Source: Methanolobus sp. WCC5
GTDB taxonomy: Archaea; Halobacteriota; Methanosarcinia; Methanosarcinales; Methanosarcinaceae
Assembly (NCBI RefSeq): GCF_045690325.1
Contig: NZ_CP146981.1
Location: 1,044,853 to 1,108,852 of the forward strand
Reading direction: 5' to 3'
Length of the DNA stretch: 64,000 bases
The notes beneath the pieces are model-generated. The model saw only the letters and a program-made list of their open reading frames with translations. It made no database searches and was not told the DNA's origin. Shown in pieces: positions 1 to 10,041 of the stretch. Positions within the stretch are counted from its first letter, which is position 1. Each line of letters begins with the position of its first letter. Position numbers and translations under genes: made by a program.

Positions 1-135
1 AGTATCACAGATATTGTAATTCAAATGTCCTCAGACAATGCAGAAGATTCTGAAGCCATTAATGCAACTATTTCCAGTGCTATCCTGTCTTCACTTGATG
101 GAAACTGTAGCATAACAGGGAAAACAGTGGCATAA
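1..135 (+). CDS. 3' end of an unidentified CDS; partial, runs off the window start
   Basis: Frame 1 is open from the window edge to a TAA at 133-135 (...SITDIVIQMSSDNAEDSEAINATISSAILSSLDGNCSITGKTVA*). No family was recognised. Confidence 0.3.
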   Translation, partial: SITDIVIQMSSDNAEDSEAINATISSAILSSLDGNCSITGKTVA

Positions 136-799
136 TAGCTTTTAAATAATTCTCTGACTTTCTCGATAGCATGGTCCACCCAACCATTTTACTATTTTTG
201 ATATGAACAAATGGCATTAAGCAATATTGACATCCTTCAGGATAAATCTATGAATCTCAATCTGATCTTTATTTATCGTACCGTATAATATCTCCATATT
301 GGATGATATTGCAATGTAATAGACATTACTATTAAATATAGGTATCCCTATATAACAACGATTATTTCAGTCTATCATAGATTAGAAGATCCGGACATGA
401 AACATTAGGAATTTCAGTGCCACTCTACAAGACTTCTTTCTAGCAGGGCAAATAATGATTCTGGCTTGCTCTGCGTATTATATTCATTTGTGCAGAGCCA
501 TAGATAATACGAAACTTTATATACAATGCAATATTTAGTAGGTATATCTACTAAAAATAGGACATATTAAACCATAACAGAACCGAAGAAACGGAATGCA
601 ACCGATTAAGAGAAACAATCAAAGTTCCTATAAAAATGGAGTCAGTATAATGGAATGGAAACTATCGAGAAGGACACACCAGCGTTTCAGACATTTAAGA
701 GTGTGGCGTGATGTGAATACTTCAAGAGAATCCGAAAGAGAAGACTGATATAAAGCAAAATGATCGCATGGGAGATTAGTACCAGACAGGAGAATATTC

Positions 800-1243
800 A
801 TGAAAAAGACAATAATCGTATACGGAACAACTACAGGGAATACACTGGTAATGGCAGAGGAAATTGAAGGCATCTTCAAAGAACAAAACGCAGATGTTAA
901 ACTGGCAGAAGTAACGGATGTCCAGCCAGGTGACCTGGCAGACTATGACCTGATAATTCTTGGTTGTCCTACATGGGGTGAGGGCGAATTACAGGATGAT
1001 TTCATTTCTTTTGAAAAGGAGATGAACAAAATAGACCTGAAAGGAAAACAAGCCGCATGTTTTGGTCCGGGAGACAGTTCCTACGTGTTTTTCTGCGAGG
1101 CAGTGGATATTCTGGAAGCAAGACTTGAAAGCTGTGGTGCAAAGATGATCATAGAGGGACTGAAGATTGACGGAGATGTGGACGAACACATGGACGCAAC
1201 CAGAGAATGGGCAGAGAAGATCCTGGCAATAACAGATAATTGA
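800..1243 (+). CDS. Short-chain flavodoxin
   Basis: 147 aa. N-terminal MKKTIIVYGTTTGNT phosphate-binding loop typical of flavodoxin, and a GCPTWGEG FMN-binding motif. Confidence 0.85.
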   Translation: MKKTIIVYGTTTGNTLVMAEEIEGIFKEQNADVKLAEVTDVQPGDLADYDLIILGCPTWGEGELQDDFISFEKEMNKIDLKGKQAACFGPGDSSYVFFCEAVDILEARLESCGAKMIIEGLKIDGDVDEHMDATREWAEKILAITDN

Positions 1244-1674
1244 CAAAAAATAAGAAAACGGCAGGTGTAATTGAATTGGACGGGATAACAGAGGAGCATT
1301 TCATACTTAAAGCATCTTTTGATGGCAATATGCAGGTCCTAAGGCATCATATCTATGAATATCAGAAAGGACTAAGGCATCTGATACTGCATACTGCCAA
1401 TATTTATCAAGAAGATGAGATAATAGACCTGCTTGAAAGGAAAGGAGTAAATTATCTTATCCGGCAGGCTTCAGAACAAAAGATAAATGTGTTCTTTGGA
1501 GACAAAAGATGCATAAATGTAGTCAGGGAGATCGGAGATAAATGTCTTTCAGACTATACGGAGGAGGAAGACTTCATACTTGGGATAATGCTTGGATATG
1601 ACAGATTAAAACAATGTGACCGTTACCTTAAAAGAAAAAACAAGCTGGGAAATAAACTGATGGTAAAATGCTGA
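1240..1674 (+). CDS. Conserved hypothetical protein downstream of flavodoxin; start uncertain
   Basis: 144-aa ORF. The track start is a TTG overlapping the flavodoxin stop. The first in-frame ATG (MQVLRHH) is near 1330. No family was recognised with confidence. Confidence 0.45.
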   Translation: MTKNKKTAGVIELDGITEEHFILKASFDGNMQVLRHHIYEYQKGLRHLILHTANIYQEDEIIDLLERKGVNYLIRQASEQKINVFFGDKRCINVVREIGDKCLSDYTEEEDFILGIMLGYDRLKQCDRYLKRKNKLGNKLMVKC

Positions 1675-1865
1675 TATGATCAGCAAAAGACCATTATTTG
1701 TATTTTGCTCTTTTGTTTATCTTCAGGGCTATTATTGATACAATTATTCGATAAATCATTCATTGTCTGACAGGATCCATAGGGAAGATTTCGTTATTCT
1801 TTACAAATGGAAGCTTTTTCATGTTTTTGCGACAGGTTCAAATCCGTTCAAAATAATTCATTTTT

Positions 1866-2606
1866 ATGCACTTAGAAGAAATCGTTACCGTACTTGAAGA
1901 GATAGCACCTCCTGAACTTGCCGAAGATTTCGATATTGGAAGAATAGGTCTTACACTGGACCTTCAAAATGATGTAAACAAGATAGCAGTAGCTCTTGAC
2001 CCTACAGACTATGTGCTCAACCGGGCTGCGATGATCGGTGCTGATCTGCTGATCACACATCACACCCGGATATTCCATGCTGTGAACTGTATCAGTAAGG
2101 AACTGGCAGATAGTCTTAAGATAGCACTTGATAACGGCATATCACTCTATTCAATGCACACCAATTTCGATAAGGCAAAAGGTGGAATAAACGATGCACT
2201 GGCAAAGAGGCTCGGACTGTCGCAGATCATGGAAGTGCCTATCGGAAGGATAGGCAAGATAACCCCTTGTTCGACAGAGACTTTCGTGAACCACGTTGCA
2301 AAGTGCCTGAACACTCACGTCCAATACACCGGCAACCGGGAAGAGATAAGTACCGTTATGGTATTCGGGGGCAGTGGGTTCAGGACCCAATACATTGAAG
2401 CGGCAAGGGAATATGGTGCTGATGCTTACGTTTCATCCGAGATCAAACATGATGTGATACGCTCTTACAGTGACATGGTACTGGTGGATGCAACACATTA
2501 TGCCACAGAGAATCCCGGCATGCAGGATCTATGTCCTGTAATTGCTGAGCGGCTGAAACTTGATGTGGAATTCATAGACCATGATCCGCTTATAAGAACG
2601 CTGTGA
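1866..2606 (+). CDS. Nif3-family dinuclear metal-centre protein (YqfO/GTP cyclohydrolase 1 type 2 homolog)
   Basis: 246 aa with a DLLITHH motif. Overall Nif3/DUF34 architecture. Confidence 0.8.
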   Translation: MHLEEIVTVLEEIAPPELAEDFDIGRIGLTLDLQNDVNKIAVALDPTDYVLNRAAMIGADLLITHHTRIFHAVNCISKELADSLKIALDNGISLYSMHTNFDKAKGGINDALAKRLGLSQIMEVPIGRIGKITPCSTETFVNHVAKCLNTHVQYTGNREEISTVMVFGGSGFRTQYIEAAREYGADAYVSSEIKHDVIRSYSDMVLVDATHYATENPGMQDLCPVIAERLKLDVEFIDHDPLIRTL

Positions 2607-2835
2607 TATAATGACGGCCGATGATAAAAGAACAGACGGGATAAATGAAGGTGAGACTGCAGAAGAAGAACTTGAAGAATTGCTTGAAAAGGAATTCAGA
2701 AAAAAAACAGATCCCAAACACAGGGGATATGGGGACTATGAAAGAAAAAGAATATACAGAGGACCTTCAGTCAGAAGGGATCATGAATGAACATTTCCAG
2801 GGAAAATATGACCATCCGGCTATTGCACGCTAATA

Positions 2836-3405
2836 TTACCCATTGTTCCCGTCGTTACTGCCAGACCGGTTGTCGATGACCTTCTTCCCGCATTTCTCGG
2901 GCACTATTGTCAGCTCACCGCCCTGGAATTCATTTCTCAGGGGATCTGTTGTTGCTATCCTGTCAAGGGTGACCGCCACAGCAGCAACTTCAGAATGAGG
3001 CTGGTTACCCACTGCAACATTCCAGTCTGCCAGCTCGTATATCTCAAATGGCACCTTTTCCGCACCAACTACTATCATAAGCTTTTCGCACTGGCTGATC
3101 TGGGCAACAGCATCCGGAAGATTGACCCCGTACATGGAAAGATGGCAGACCTTCCCGCCTTCATCCTTCCACTTCCTTATCTCGGATTTCCAGTTAACGT
3201 CGTTCTTCACGTAGAAATCACCTCCCCACCTTTCAGAGACATCGTTTATGTTCTCCGCAAGTTTGCTGTCCTCTGATGCCAGAAGCATGCCTTCGGCACC
3301 AAAGGCCCTTGCTGTCAGGCCCACATGAGTGGTTATTCTCTTATCCCTCTGGGGACGGTGACCCAGCCTCAATATCACTATCTTCTTTGCCGGCATGCTT
3401 ATCAC
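2836..3405 (-). CDS. trm56: tRNA (cytidine56-2'-O)-methyltransferase aTrm56 (SPOUT)
   Basis: 189 aa. N-terminus VILRLGHRPQRDKRITTHVGLTARAFGA is characteristic of archaeal Trm56. Confidence 0.8.
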   Translation of the reverse strand: MISMPAKKIVILRLGHRPQRDKRITTHVGLTARAFGAEGMLLASEDSKLAENINDVSERWGGDFYVKNDVNWKSEIRKWKDEGGKVCHLSMYGVNLPDAVAQISQCEKLMIVVGAEKVPFEIYELADWNVAVGNQPHSEVAAVAVTLDRIATTDPLRNEFQGGELTIVPEKCGKKVIDNRSGSNDGNNG

Positions 3406-4922
3406 AGTTCAGTGATATCCGCAACTTTTTCCAGGAGCATGCCTTCAACAACTATCGGGAGGAATTCTCTTGCACTTTTGATGGCTTCTTTCAGTTTTTC
3501 CTCTTTTTCCGCATATATGGTCAGGACAGGCTGTCCCTCCTGCACTGCTTCCCCGCGTTTTTTGTGGATCATGACACCTGCACCTTTGTCGTTAGGAGCT
3601 CCTGCAAGCCTTGCTATCTGGACAATGCGCTTGTTGTAGAACTCAAGTATGTATCCGTTTGTCGGAGCTGTAAGTTCTGCAGTGAACTTGCCCACCGCAA
3701 TATCCCTGTAGGTCACATTCGGATTTCCGCCCTGTACCTCTATTATCTCCCTGAGCTTTTCCAGGGCTTTACCGTTCTTGAGTGTTTCAAGTGCCAGCTG
3801 GCGACCCTGGCCCTTTGCAGCAACACCGCCCATCTCAAGCAGCATGCCTGCAAGGACGATACTCTTTTCTATAAGGCTGTTAGGACCTTCCATTGTTTCA
3901 AGGACCTTGAGAGCTTCTATGACCTCAAGGGCCGGGCCGATGGTCCTGCCAACCGGGGATGCACCGTAAGTGAGTGCACAATCCACATCCATACCCAGAC
4001 GTTCTCCCAGATTTATCAGGTCCCTTGCAAGCTTTCTTCCGGTCTTTACATCAGGTATCTTCGTGCCTGAACCGGTCGGAATGTCAATGACCACTTTCTG
4101 AGCACCCACAGCACCTTTTTTAGCCATTATGGAAGCCAGTAACTGGCAATGAGGATCAATGGAAAGGGGATATTCTATCCTTATCAGCTTGTCATCGGCA
4201 GGTGCGATATTTGTAGCACCACCCCATACAATGACACCACCGACCTTTTCGGTCATTTCCTTGATCTGCTTAGCTGTGAATTCGACCGGAGCCAGTATCT
4301 CCATCAGATCGGCAGTTCCGCCTGCACCGGTTATTGCACGGGAGCTGGTTTTGGGTATCAGCAGGCCATTTGCCGCTACTATAGGGACGATGAGCAGCGA
4401 GATCTTATTGCCAGGCACACCGCCTATGGAATGTTTGTCCATTATAGGGGATGTGCTGAACTCTATACGCTCACCTGTCTCTATCATTGCTTTGGTGAGC
4501 CACTCTGTCTCATCCTCGCTAAGATCCTTGATGTAAGTCGCGGTAAGGAAAGCAGCAAGCTCGATATCATCCAGGTTCTCCTCGACTATATCCTTTACAA
4601 GCTCGTTTATCTCATCCCTTTCAAGCTTACGGCCATCCATGATTTTGCGGATTATACGGGTAGATTTTGGTTTTTCCGCAGGTTCAACTTCCACGGTCTC
4701 GGTCCATTCTTTGTGCAGCTGCTCCTGTACCTCATGATACAAGCCGATCATTCCCGGAGCTATCATATCCTCTGTAAAATCAACAATTGCCGTCAGAACA
4801 GTATGGTTCTTTATCCTTACTCTGTCCCCTTCATGAACTCCCAGTTCTTTGGCATCGATCGTGTTCAACACCACTTTATACTTTCCGACTTTGATATCAA
4901 TAGGCTGTACTTTTAGCTGCAT
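3402..4922 (-). CDS. deoA: AMP phosphorylase / thymidine phosphorylase family (archaeal DeoA type)
   Basis: 506 aa. The N-terminal extension followed by a pyrimidine-nucleoside phosphorylase fold (GGVPGNKISL..., TGSGT) matches the archaeal AMP phosphorylase length. Confidence 0.85.
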   Translation of the reverse strand: MQLKVQPIDIKVGKYKVVLNTIDAKELGVHEGDRVRIKNHTVLTAIVDFTEDMIAPGMIGLYHEVQEQLHKEWTETVEVEPAEKPKSTRIIRKIMDGRKLERDEINELVKDIVEENLDDIELAAFLTATYIKDLSEDETEWLTKAMIETGERIEFSTSPIMDKHSIGGVPGNKISLLIVPIVAANGLLIPKTSSRAITGAGGTADLMEILAPVEFTAKQIKEMTEKVGGVIVWGGATNIAPADDKLIRIEYPLSIDPHCQLLASIMAKKGAVGAQKVVIDIPTGSGTKIPDVKTGRKLARDLINLGERLGMDVDCALTYGASPVGRTIGPALEVIEALKVLETMEGPNSLIEKSIVLAGMLLEMGGVAAKGQGRQLALETLKNGKALEKLREIIEVQGGNPNVTYRDIAVGKFTAELTAPTNGYILEFYNKRIVQIARLAGAPNDKGAGVMIHKKRGEAVQEGQPVLTIYAEKEEKLKEAIKSAREFLPIVVEGMLLEKVADITEL

Positions 4923-5149
4923 TATTCCACCTTTTATATACAGAAGATTGCATCAAGGGATAAATAGGTTTAGTACCAGGGAAAATGAGTGAATTATTTA
5001 GACATAGATGGCCTTAAAGATCATGGACCATGGTCATGCAATATGCCGGCAGGATGCTATCCTCCAACTGCGCAGGTGTCAGCAAAGACCTCTCTTCTAA
5101 ATGATACATACATATATAAAAAAATAAAAGGGTTTTATTGATCAAATAT

Positions 5150-5446
5150 TTATCTGCCGCCCTCATCCAGACAGTAATACACCTTTGTGAGGTTGTTCTC
5201 TTTGTACACTGCACATTCAGGACATACACATCCTTTATCATCTGTGATGCAGTTGCTTTTTCCAAAGGCACAGAACACCCCCTCGATGTGATCTGTTTTT
5301 GAAAGGTCCCCTTTGACTGCTCCTTTCAGGAGCTCAGCTGTATTGGATGGCATCGATTTCACCTTGCAGGCAAAAGTATAGCTTGGACATTTCTTCATAC
5401 AGATGCATTTCATGAGATTCTCTTTGTTCTTTTCCACTCTTTCCAC
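5150..5446 (-). CDS. Small Cys-rich hypothetical protein
   Basis: 98 aa with multiple Cys pairs (CICMKKCP..., CVCPEC). Good coding look and a plausible start. No confident family. Confidence 0.4.
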   Translation of the reverse strand: MERVEKNKENLMKCICMKKCPSYTFACKVKSMPSNTAELLKGAVKGDLSKTDHIEGVFCAFGKSNCITDDKGCVCPECAVYKENNLTKVYYCLDEGGR

Positions 5447-5644
5447 TTAAATCACCCTCTTATGATCTTTCCCAGACGTTCTTAAAATTAACCTGTACGC
5501 GCAATTGCATACTAATATAAATGAGGTTAGAGATGCTATTTAATTGTTTTTACTTGCTATTGTATTGTTCAATATGATTTCTGTAATCGAAACCACCTTA
5601 TCCCTTAAAGGAGATTATTATTCAGGACCTTATTCAGGACCGCT

Positions 5645-5893
5645 ATGAGGTTTGGTAAAATGGCCGATCAAACAAATAAGGCGTCTGAAAATATTCCAGG
5701 CAGGTACTATGTTGATGACAATTGTATAATGTGTAAGGTTTGTTTGACCATTGCCCCTGAAATTTTTGCGATTTCAGACGATGGTACGCATGCCTACGTT
5801 CAAAAACAGCCGGAGAACGAAGATGAAACAGCTGCCTGCGAAGATGCACTGTTGAGCTGTCCGGTGGAGGCTATCGGAAGCAATGGGGAATAA
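5645..5893 (+). CDS. Small single-cluster ferredoxin
   Basis: The spacing of CIMCKVC ... C ... CP fits mono-cluster [3Fe/4Fe-4S] ferredoxins. An alternative start lies at ATG 5660, preceded by a GAGGT Shine-Dalgarno-like motif. Confidence 0.75.
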   Translation: MRFGKMADQTNKASENIPGRYYVDDNCIMCKVCLTIAPEIFAISDDGTHAYVQKQPENEDETAACEDALLSCPVEAIGSNGE

Positions 5894-6198
5894 AGAATGA
5901 ATGTACAGAATGGTCGTTGACATTTAAGGAACAAAACCAACGTTTGCAAAACAATCCATAAAGCTAAGAACTGGAAATTGCAATAGATATATTGATGGAT
6001 GACGATCCTGCCATTCTCCTCCTTTTTATATGTATGTAAACATTGGAATGGTATCCGAAGGCATATTTTATCCACTGGCTACGCGATTGGTAAAGATCAC
6101 CCTTGTGCCAGGAATCTCGAGAGCCCAAAGAGGCTGTATTTAAAACATATAGATACAGTACCACCGGACTTAAAAACAATCAATAATTATACTGCCTC

Positions 6199-6663
6199 AT
6201 GAATGCCTTTATGCAAACAGCCATAGATGAAGCACGTCATGGCATGGAGCACGATCACGGAGGACCTTTCGGGGCAGTGATCGTCAAAGACGGGGAAGTA
6301 GTGTCCAGTGCCCATAATGAAGTACTGATGAGCAATGACCCCACAGCCCATGCAGAGATCCTGGCAATCAGGCAGGCATCTGCCATCCTGGGAAGGTTTG
6401 ACCTTTCAGACTGTGAGATATATACAAGCTCACAACCCTGTCCTATGTGCCTTGCGGCTATCTACTGGGCGCGCATAAAGACAGTATATTACGGCTCCGA
6501 TAAAGATGATGTTGCAGCAGTTGGTTTTGATGACAGTCTTTTTTACAGTTATATAAGAGGAGACTTAAAGGACCCGGGTATGGAACTTATTAATCTTGAA
6601 CGGAAGGACTGCCTTGAACTGCTCAGGGAATGGATGGAAAAAACTGATAGAAAGATGTACTGA
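6199..6663 (+). CDS. CDA-fold nucleoside/nucleotide deaminase (guanine deaminase / tRNA adenosine deaminase-like)
   Basis: HAEILAI and PCPMC zinc-binding motifs of the cytidine/deoxycytidylate deaminase superfamily. 154 aa. Confidence 0.8.
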   Translation: MNAFMQTAIDEARHGMEHDHGGPFGAVIVKDGEVVSSAHNEVLMSNDPTAHAEILAIRQASAILGRFDLSDCEIYTSSQPCPMCLAAIYWARIKTVYYGSDKDDVAAVGFDDSLFYSYIRGDLKDPGMELINLERKDCLELLREWMEKTDRKMY

Positions 6664-6706
6664 CAAGAATAACACTGTCAGATGCGTTAGTATTCATGAC
6701 ATATAT

Positions 6707-6728
6707 ATGTATATATACATGTATATAT
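6707..6728. repeat. Overlapping perfect AT palindromes (ATGTATATATACAT and TATATACATGTATATA)
   Basis: Seen directly in the intergenic region between the deaminase and MscS genes. Confidence 0.6.
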
Positions 6729-6894
6729 AAACATCAATGATGCATACAATAGGACTACTCTATAAATGATAAATATATATTAGGCCTAGTCATTATTGAC
6801 ATATTATTGTTAAACCCAGGCATCACATCTGTGATATATATCATGAGATAGTCATTATTAGCCTGAATTAAAAAAATCATCCTGGAGGGAGGAC

Positions 6895-8082
6895 GTGGTC
6901 TTAGATCAATTCATACCAAGCATGATAATATTGCTGGTTACTTTCCTGCTTATCGTTCTTTTCAATTTCCTTTTCAAGAAAAGGAATATCTTCTCAAGGG
7001 ACAAGATAATACAGCAAATGATATTTGTCGTTATACTTGTCACGGGATTACTGTTTGTCATATTCTCCCTTCCAATAGATATTGAGAACAAGAACCTGAT
7101 ACTCACATTCGTAAGTATAGTCATTGGTGCCATAATTGCATTCTCATCCACAACATTTGTGGCAAATGCAATGGCCGGAATAATGCTTCGACTCATACAT
7201 CCGTTCAGGGTGGGGGATTTCATAAAGGCGGATGAGACATTTGGAAGGGTTACCGAAATATATTTCCTCCACACCCAGATCCAGTCCATGGACAGGGATC
7301 TGATAACCATACCCAATATGACCCTTGTTTCAAAACCCCTCAAGACCATACGTTCATCGGGGACAATAATAAAAGTAACCGTGTCCCTTGGATATGATAT
7401 TTCCAGGAAGAAAATAGAAACAAGTCTTCTAAAGGCTGCTGAGACCACGGGTCTTGACAATCCTTTTGTGCATATTGAAAAACTTGGGGATTTCTCCGTG
7501 ACCTACAAAGTAGGAGGGCTTCTGAAAAACGTAGAAGGGCTGATAACTGCAAGATCCGATTTCAAAAAGAACGTTATGGATGCACTGCATGATTCGGACA
7601 TAGAGATCGTTTCCCCCACGTTCATGAACCAGAGGGTTTTCAGTGAAGATTACGTATGTATGCCACCAAAGGAAACTGCAGCGGAAAAGATGAAGAACAA
7701 AGAACCAGAACCCAGGGTCATGACCGAGGAGATAGTCTTTGACAAGGCTATCCTGGCGCAGATGCTTGACAGGATATATACAACAGCAGACGGTCTGGCT
7801 CCACGCAGGAAGGAAATAGAGGAAAAGCTTAAAGAGATAGGTGATGAGGCTCTGAAAGAGAAACTTAAAGATCAGCTGAACCTCCTTGCCCAAAGGGAAG
7901 AAGAGATCAGACCTGCGATACAGGCTCTCAGGGACTTTCCGGATATAACTGCTCTTCCCGATGACCAGCATGATGTGTATGTCAGGTCACTTATAGAAAC
8001 GGAGAAGGACATCACCCTGCTGAGTAACAGGCATATGGACATTGAAAGGAAAACAGATACGGCCCTGGAAAAACAGCAATGA
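6895..8082 (+). CDS. Mechanosensitive ion channel, MscS family, with a C-terminal coiled-coil extension
   Basis: N-terminal TM helices followed by an MscS beta-domain (GDFIKADETFGRVTEIYFLHTQIQSMDRDLITIPN). The track start is GTG 6895. An in-frame ATG lies at 6922. Confidence 0.75.
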   Translation: MVLDQFIPSMIILLVTFLLIVLFNFLFKKRNIFSRDKIIQQMIFVVILVTGLLFVIFSLPIDIENKNLILTFVSIVIGAIIAFSSTTFVANAMAGIMLRLIHPFRVGDFIKADETFGRVTEIYFLHTQIQSMDRDLITIPNMTLVSKPLKTIRSSGTIIKVTVSLGYDISRKKIETSLLKAAETTGLDNPFVHIEKLGDFSVTYKVGGLLKNVEGLITARSDFKKNVMDALHDSDIEIVSPTFMNQRVFSEDYVCMPPKETAAEKMKNKEPEPRVMTEEIVFDKAILAQMLDRIYTTADGLAPRRKEIEEKLKEIGDEALKEKLKDQLNLLAQREEEIRPAIQALRDFPDITALPDDQHDVYVRSLIETEKDITLLSNRHMDIERKTDTALEKQQ

Positions 8083-8106
8083 AAAGATTTTTTTAATTTA
8101 TGCTCA

Positions 8107-9027
8107 TTGAGGAACAGAATGATAATAGGTGTACTTGGGCTTAAGGGGTCCTACTCTGAAAAGGCTGCAATGCAGTGGATAGAAAAGAACGGAACTAATA
8201 ACGCACATATCCTTGAATACTGCGGGGACATCCAGGATGTGTTCGTCCTGCTGAAAAATGGGTCATGCGATATAGGAGTGGTACCACTGGAAAATTCAAT
8301 CGAGGGATCTGTAGGTGTCACACTGGACATGCTTCTTGAAAATGATATGACCGTTATCGGAGAGACCATTGTTGCTATTGAGCATTGCCTGCTGTCCAGA
8401 GGTAAAAAAGAAGACATCAAAGTTATACTTTCACATCCTCAGGGTCTGGGACAATGCCGTCACTTCCTGAAGGAGCATTTCCCTGAAGCCGAACTGAGGA
8501 CCACAGGAAGCACATCCCATGCAGCAAAGCTTGCTACTGAATTTGAGGAGATGGCTGCCATTGCCTCACCTGATACTGCCGGGTTATATGACCTCAATAT
8601 AATCATGCCGGATATCCAGGACATGAAACAGAATCATACTCGCTTCATCATCATCACAAAACCCGACTCTCCGGCAGCCAGGAGCCTTATGATGAAGGAT
8701 GGACAGGAAGAGGCCTGCAAAACCTCCATAATAGTATATCTTGACAGGGACCGTCCTGGCGCCCTGTATGAGATTCTTGGCGAATTTGCCAGAAACGAGA
8801 TCAACCTTACAAGAATAGAGTCCAGGCCCTCAAAGAAAGTGCTTGGTGATTATATTTTCTACATTGACCTTGAGGGATGCATAAGCGATGCAATTATAAA
8901 AGATGCAATATATAATATAAGGTCGAAAGTCGGGATGTTAAAAATGCTTGGTTCATATCCTATGTTTGACCCTTATTGTGAGTCCAACCGGGTGTATATG
9001 GAAAAAAGTATGCCTTCTACAGATTAA
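8107..9027 (+). CDS. pheA: Prephenate dehydratase (PDT + ACT domains)
   Basis: PDT domain followed by an ACT domain carrying the hallmark ESRP motif (TRIESRPSKK). Confidence 0.85.
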   Translation: MRNRMIIGVLGLKGSYSEKAAMQWIEKNGTNNAHILEYCGDIQDVFVLLKNGSCDIGVVPLENSIEGSVGVTLDMLLENDMTVIGETIVAIEHCLLSRGKKEDIKVILSHPQGLGQCRHFLKEHFPEAELRTTGSTSHAAKLATEFEEMAAIASPDTAGLYDLNIIMPDIQDMKQNHTRFIIITKPDSPAARSLMMKDGQEEACKTSIIVYLDRDRPGALYEILGEFARNEINLTRIESRPSKKVLGDYIFYIDLEGCISDAIIKDAIYNIRSKVGMLKMLGSYPMFDPYCESNRVYMEKSMPSTD

Positions 9028-9042
9028 ATAAGCGGTGCAGCC

Positions 9043-9942
9043 ATGGATGTAAGGGATTTTGTAAGAAAGCAGGAAGCAGCACTTAAAAGATATCGCAGGA
9101 TATATAAGCTTCTGGACTTTAGTGCGATAACCCTTATCCTGTATCTATTGCTCTTCTATTTGAAAATTGACCTGGTTTTCCCTTTATTGAGCAGCTTTGA
9201 GGTCAGGGCCGAAACATCATACGACATACTGGGAATAAGCATTGCATTTGGAACTGCTGCCCTGATCCTGATAGCAGCTTTCTTTTCACTGATAATTACC
9301 TTCATACTGCATTTGCGTGATGACAGGACAAAAGCGTTGTTACTGCTGGAGAATAAACACCCTGAACTGCGTGAGAGACTGCGCACGGCATATGACAACG
9401 CAAATATCAATAACCTGATAGTATCGGACCTGCTGGACTCGGTATCCTCCGGAATAAAAAAGATCACTTCGTCTTCATTACTTATAAAGGGTAAAGTGCT
9501 CTTCGGGATGATCCTTATATTGGTTTCTAGTACCACAATGGTCTATGTTGTCCAGAACGATATTCGAACGGACCTTATCTCCCCGGATGATATAAAAGAT
9601 ATCATTGATGAACTTCCGTTCATGAACGGGAATGAAGACGTTTCAGGCGACCTTTTTGAGATAGATGATCCGGGTAGTGAAGATAGAAACCCGGGTAATG
9701 AGGACCTGACAGGTGAGACCGCTGTAATTGTAGTTGAAGGGAAGGAAGTAGACCTTACGCTTCCACCAGGTGCAGGTTCCGGTTTCACGAACCAGGAAGA
9801 AGCTGATCAGGCAGATGAGGACTTTGATCAGTCATCACCCTATGAGATAAGCATTATTTCATCCCCCACATATAATGAGAAGCTTCCCGAAGGTTATGAA
9901 AGCATTATCAGATCATATTTTGAGGAAATGGCAAATAAATAA
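9043..9942 (+). CDS. Hypothetical membrane protein immediately upstream of the MoxR operon
   Basis: 299 aa with several hydrophobic helices and an acidic C-terminal tail. No confident family. Its position suggests it is part of the Bat-like cluster. Confidence 0.45.
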   Translation: MDVRDFVRKQEAALKRYRRIYKLLDFSAITLILYLLLFYLKIDLVFPLLSSFEVRAETSYDILGISIAFGTAALILIAAFFSLIITFILHLRDDRTKALLLLENKHPELRERLRTAYDNANINNLIVSDLLDSVSSGIKKITSSSLLIKGKVLFGMILILVSSTTMVYVVQNDIRTDLISPDDIKDIIDELPFMNGNEDVSGDLFEIDDPGSEDRNPGNEDLTGETAVIVVEGKEVDLTLPPGAGSGFTNQEEADQADEDFDQSSPYEISIISSPTYNEKLPEGYESIIRSYFEEMANK

Positions 9943-10041
9943 CCCAGGGTGAGTGCAATAAAGATAATACTTTAAGCATATGATAAAACTATACAATATT
10001 CATGACTATACATCACAGGACAAAGACAGAGGAGATAACAG

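Noticed and set aside
628-879. 83-aa ORF on the - strand overlapping the flavodoxin start
   Set aside because: Overlaps the conserved flavodoxin N-terminus on the opposite strand and has no recognisable features.
1830-1860. A GGTTCAAATCC T-loop-like motif (gacaggttcaaatccgttc) upstream of the Nif3 gene, which suggested a tRNA or tRNA fragment
   Set aside because: No complementary acceptor, D or anticodon stems can be drawn. The surrounding sequence is AT-rich and the flanking stem bases do not pair. Treated as a chance match.
2645-2833. 62-aa Lys/Glu-rich ORF between the Nif3 gene and trm56
   Set aside because: Highly charged low-complexity sequence and no SD or promoter signal. Kept as a possible small protein but not reported as a feature.
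3276-4916. Long + strand ORFs (3276-4070, 4149-4916) opposite the AMP phosphorylase gene
   Set aside because: Antisense to a confidently identified conserved CDS, with low-complexity translations. Shadow ORFs.
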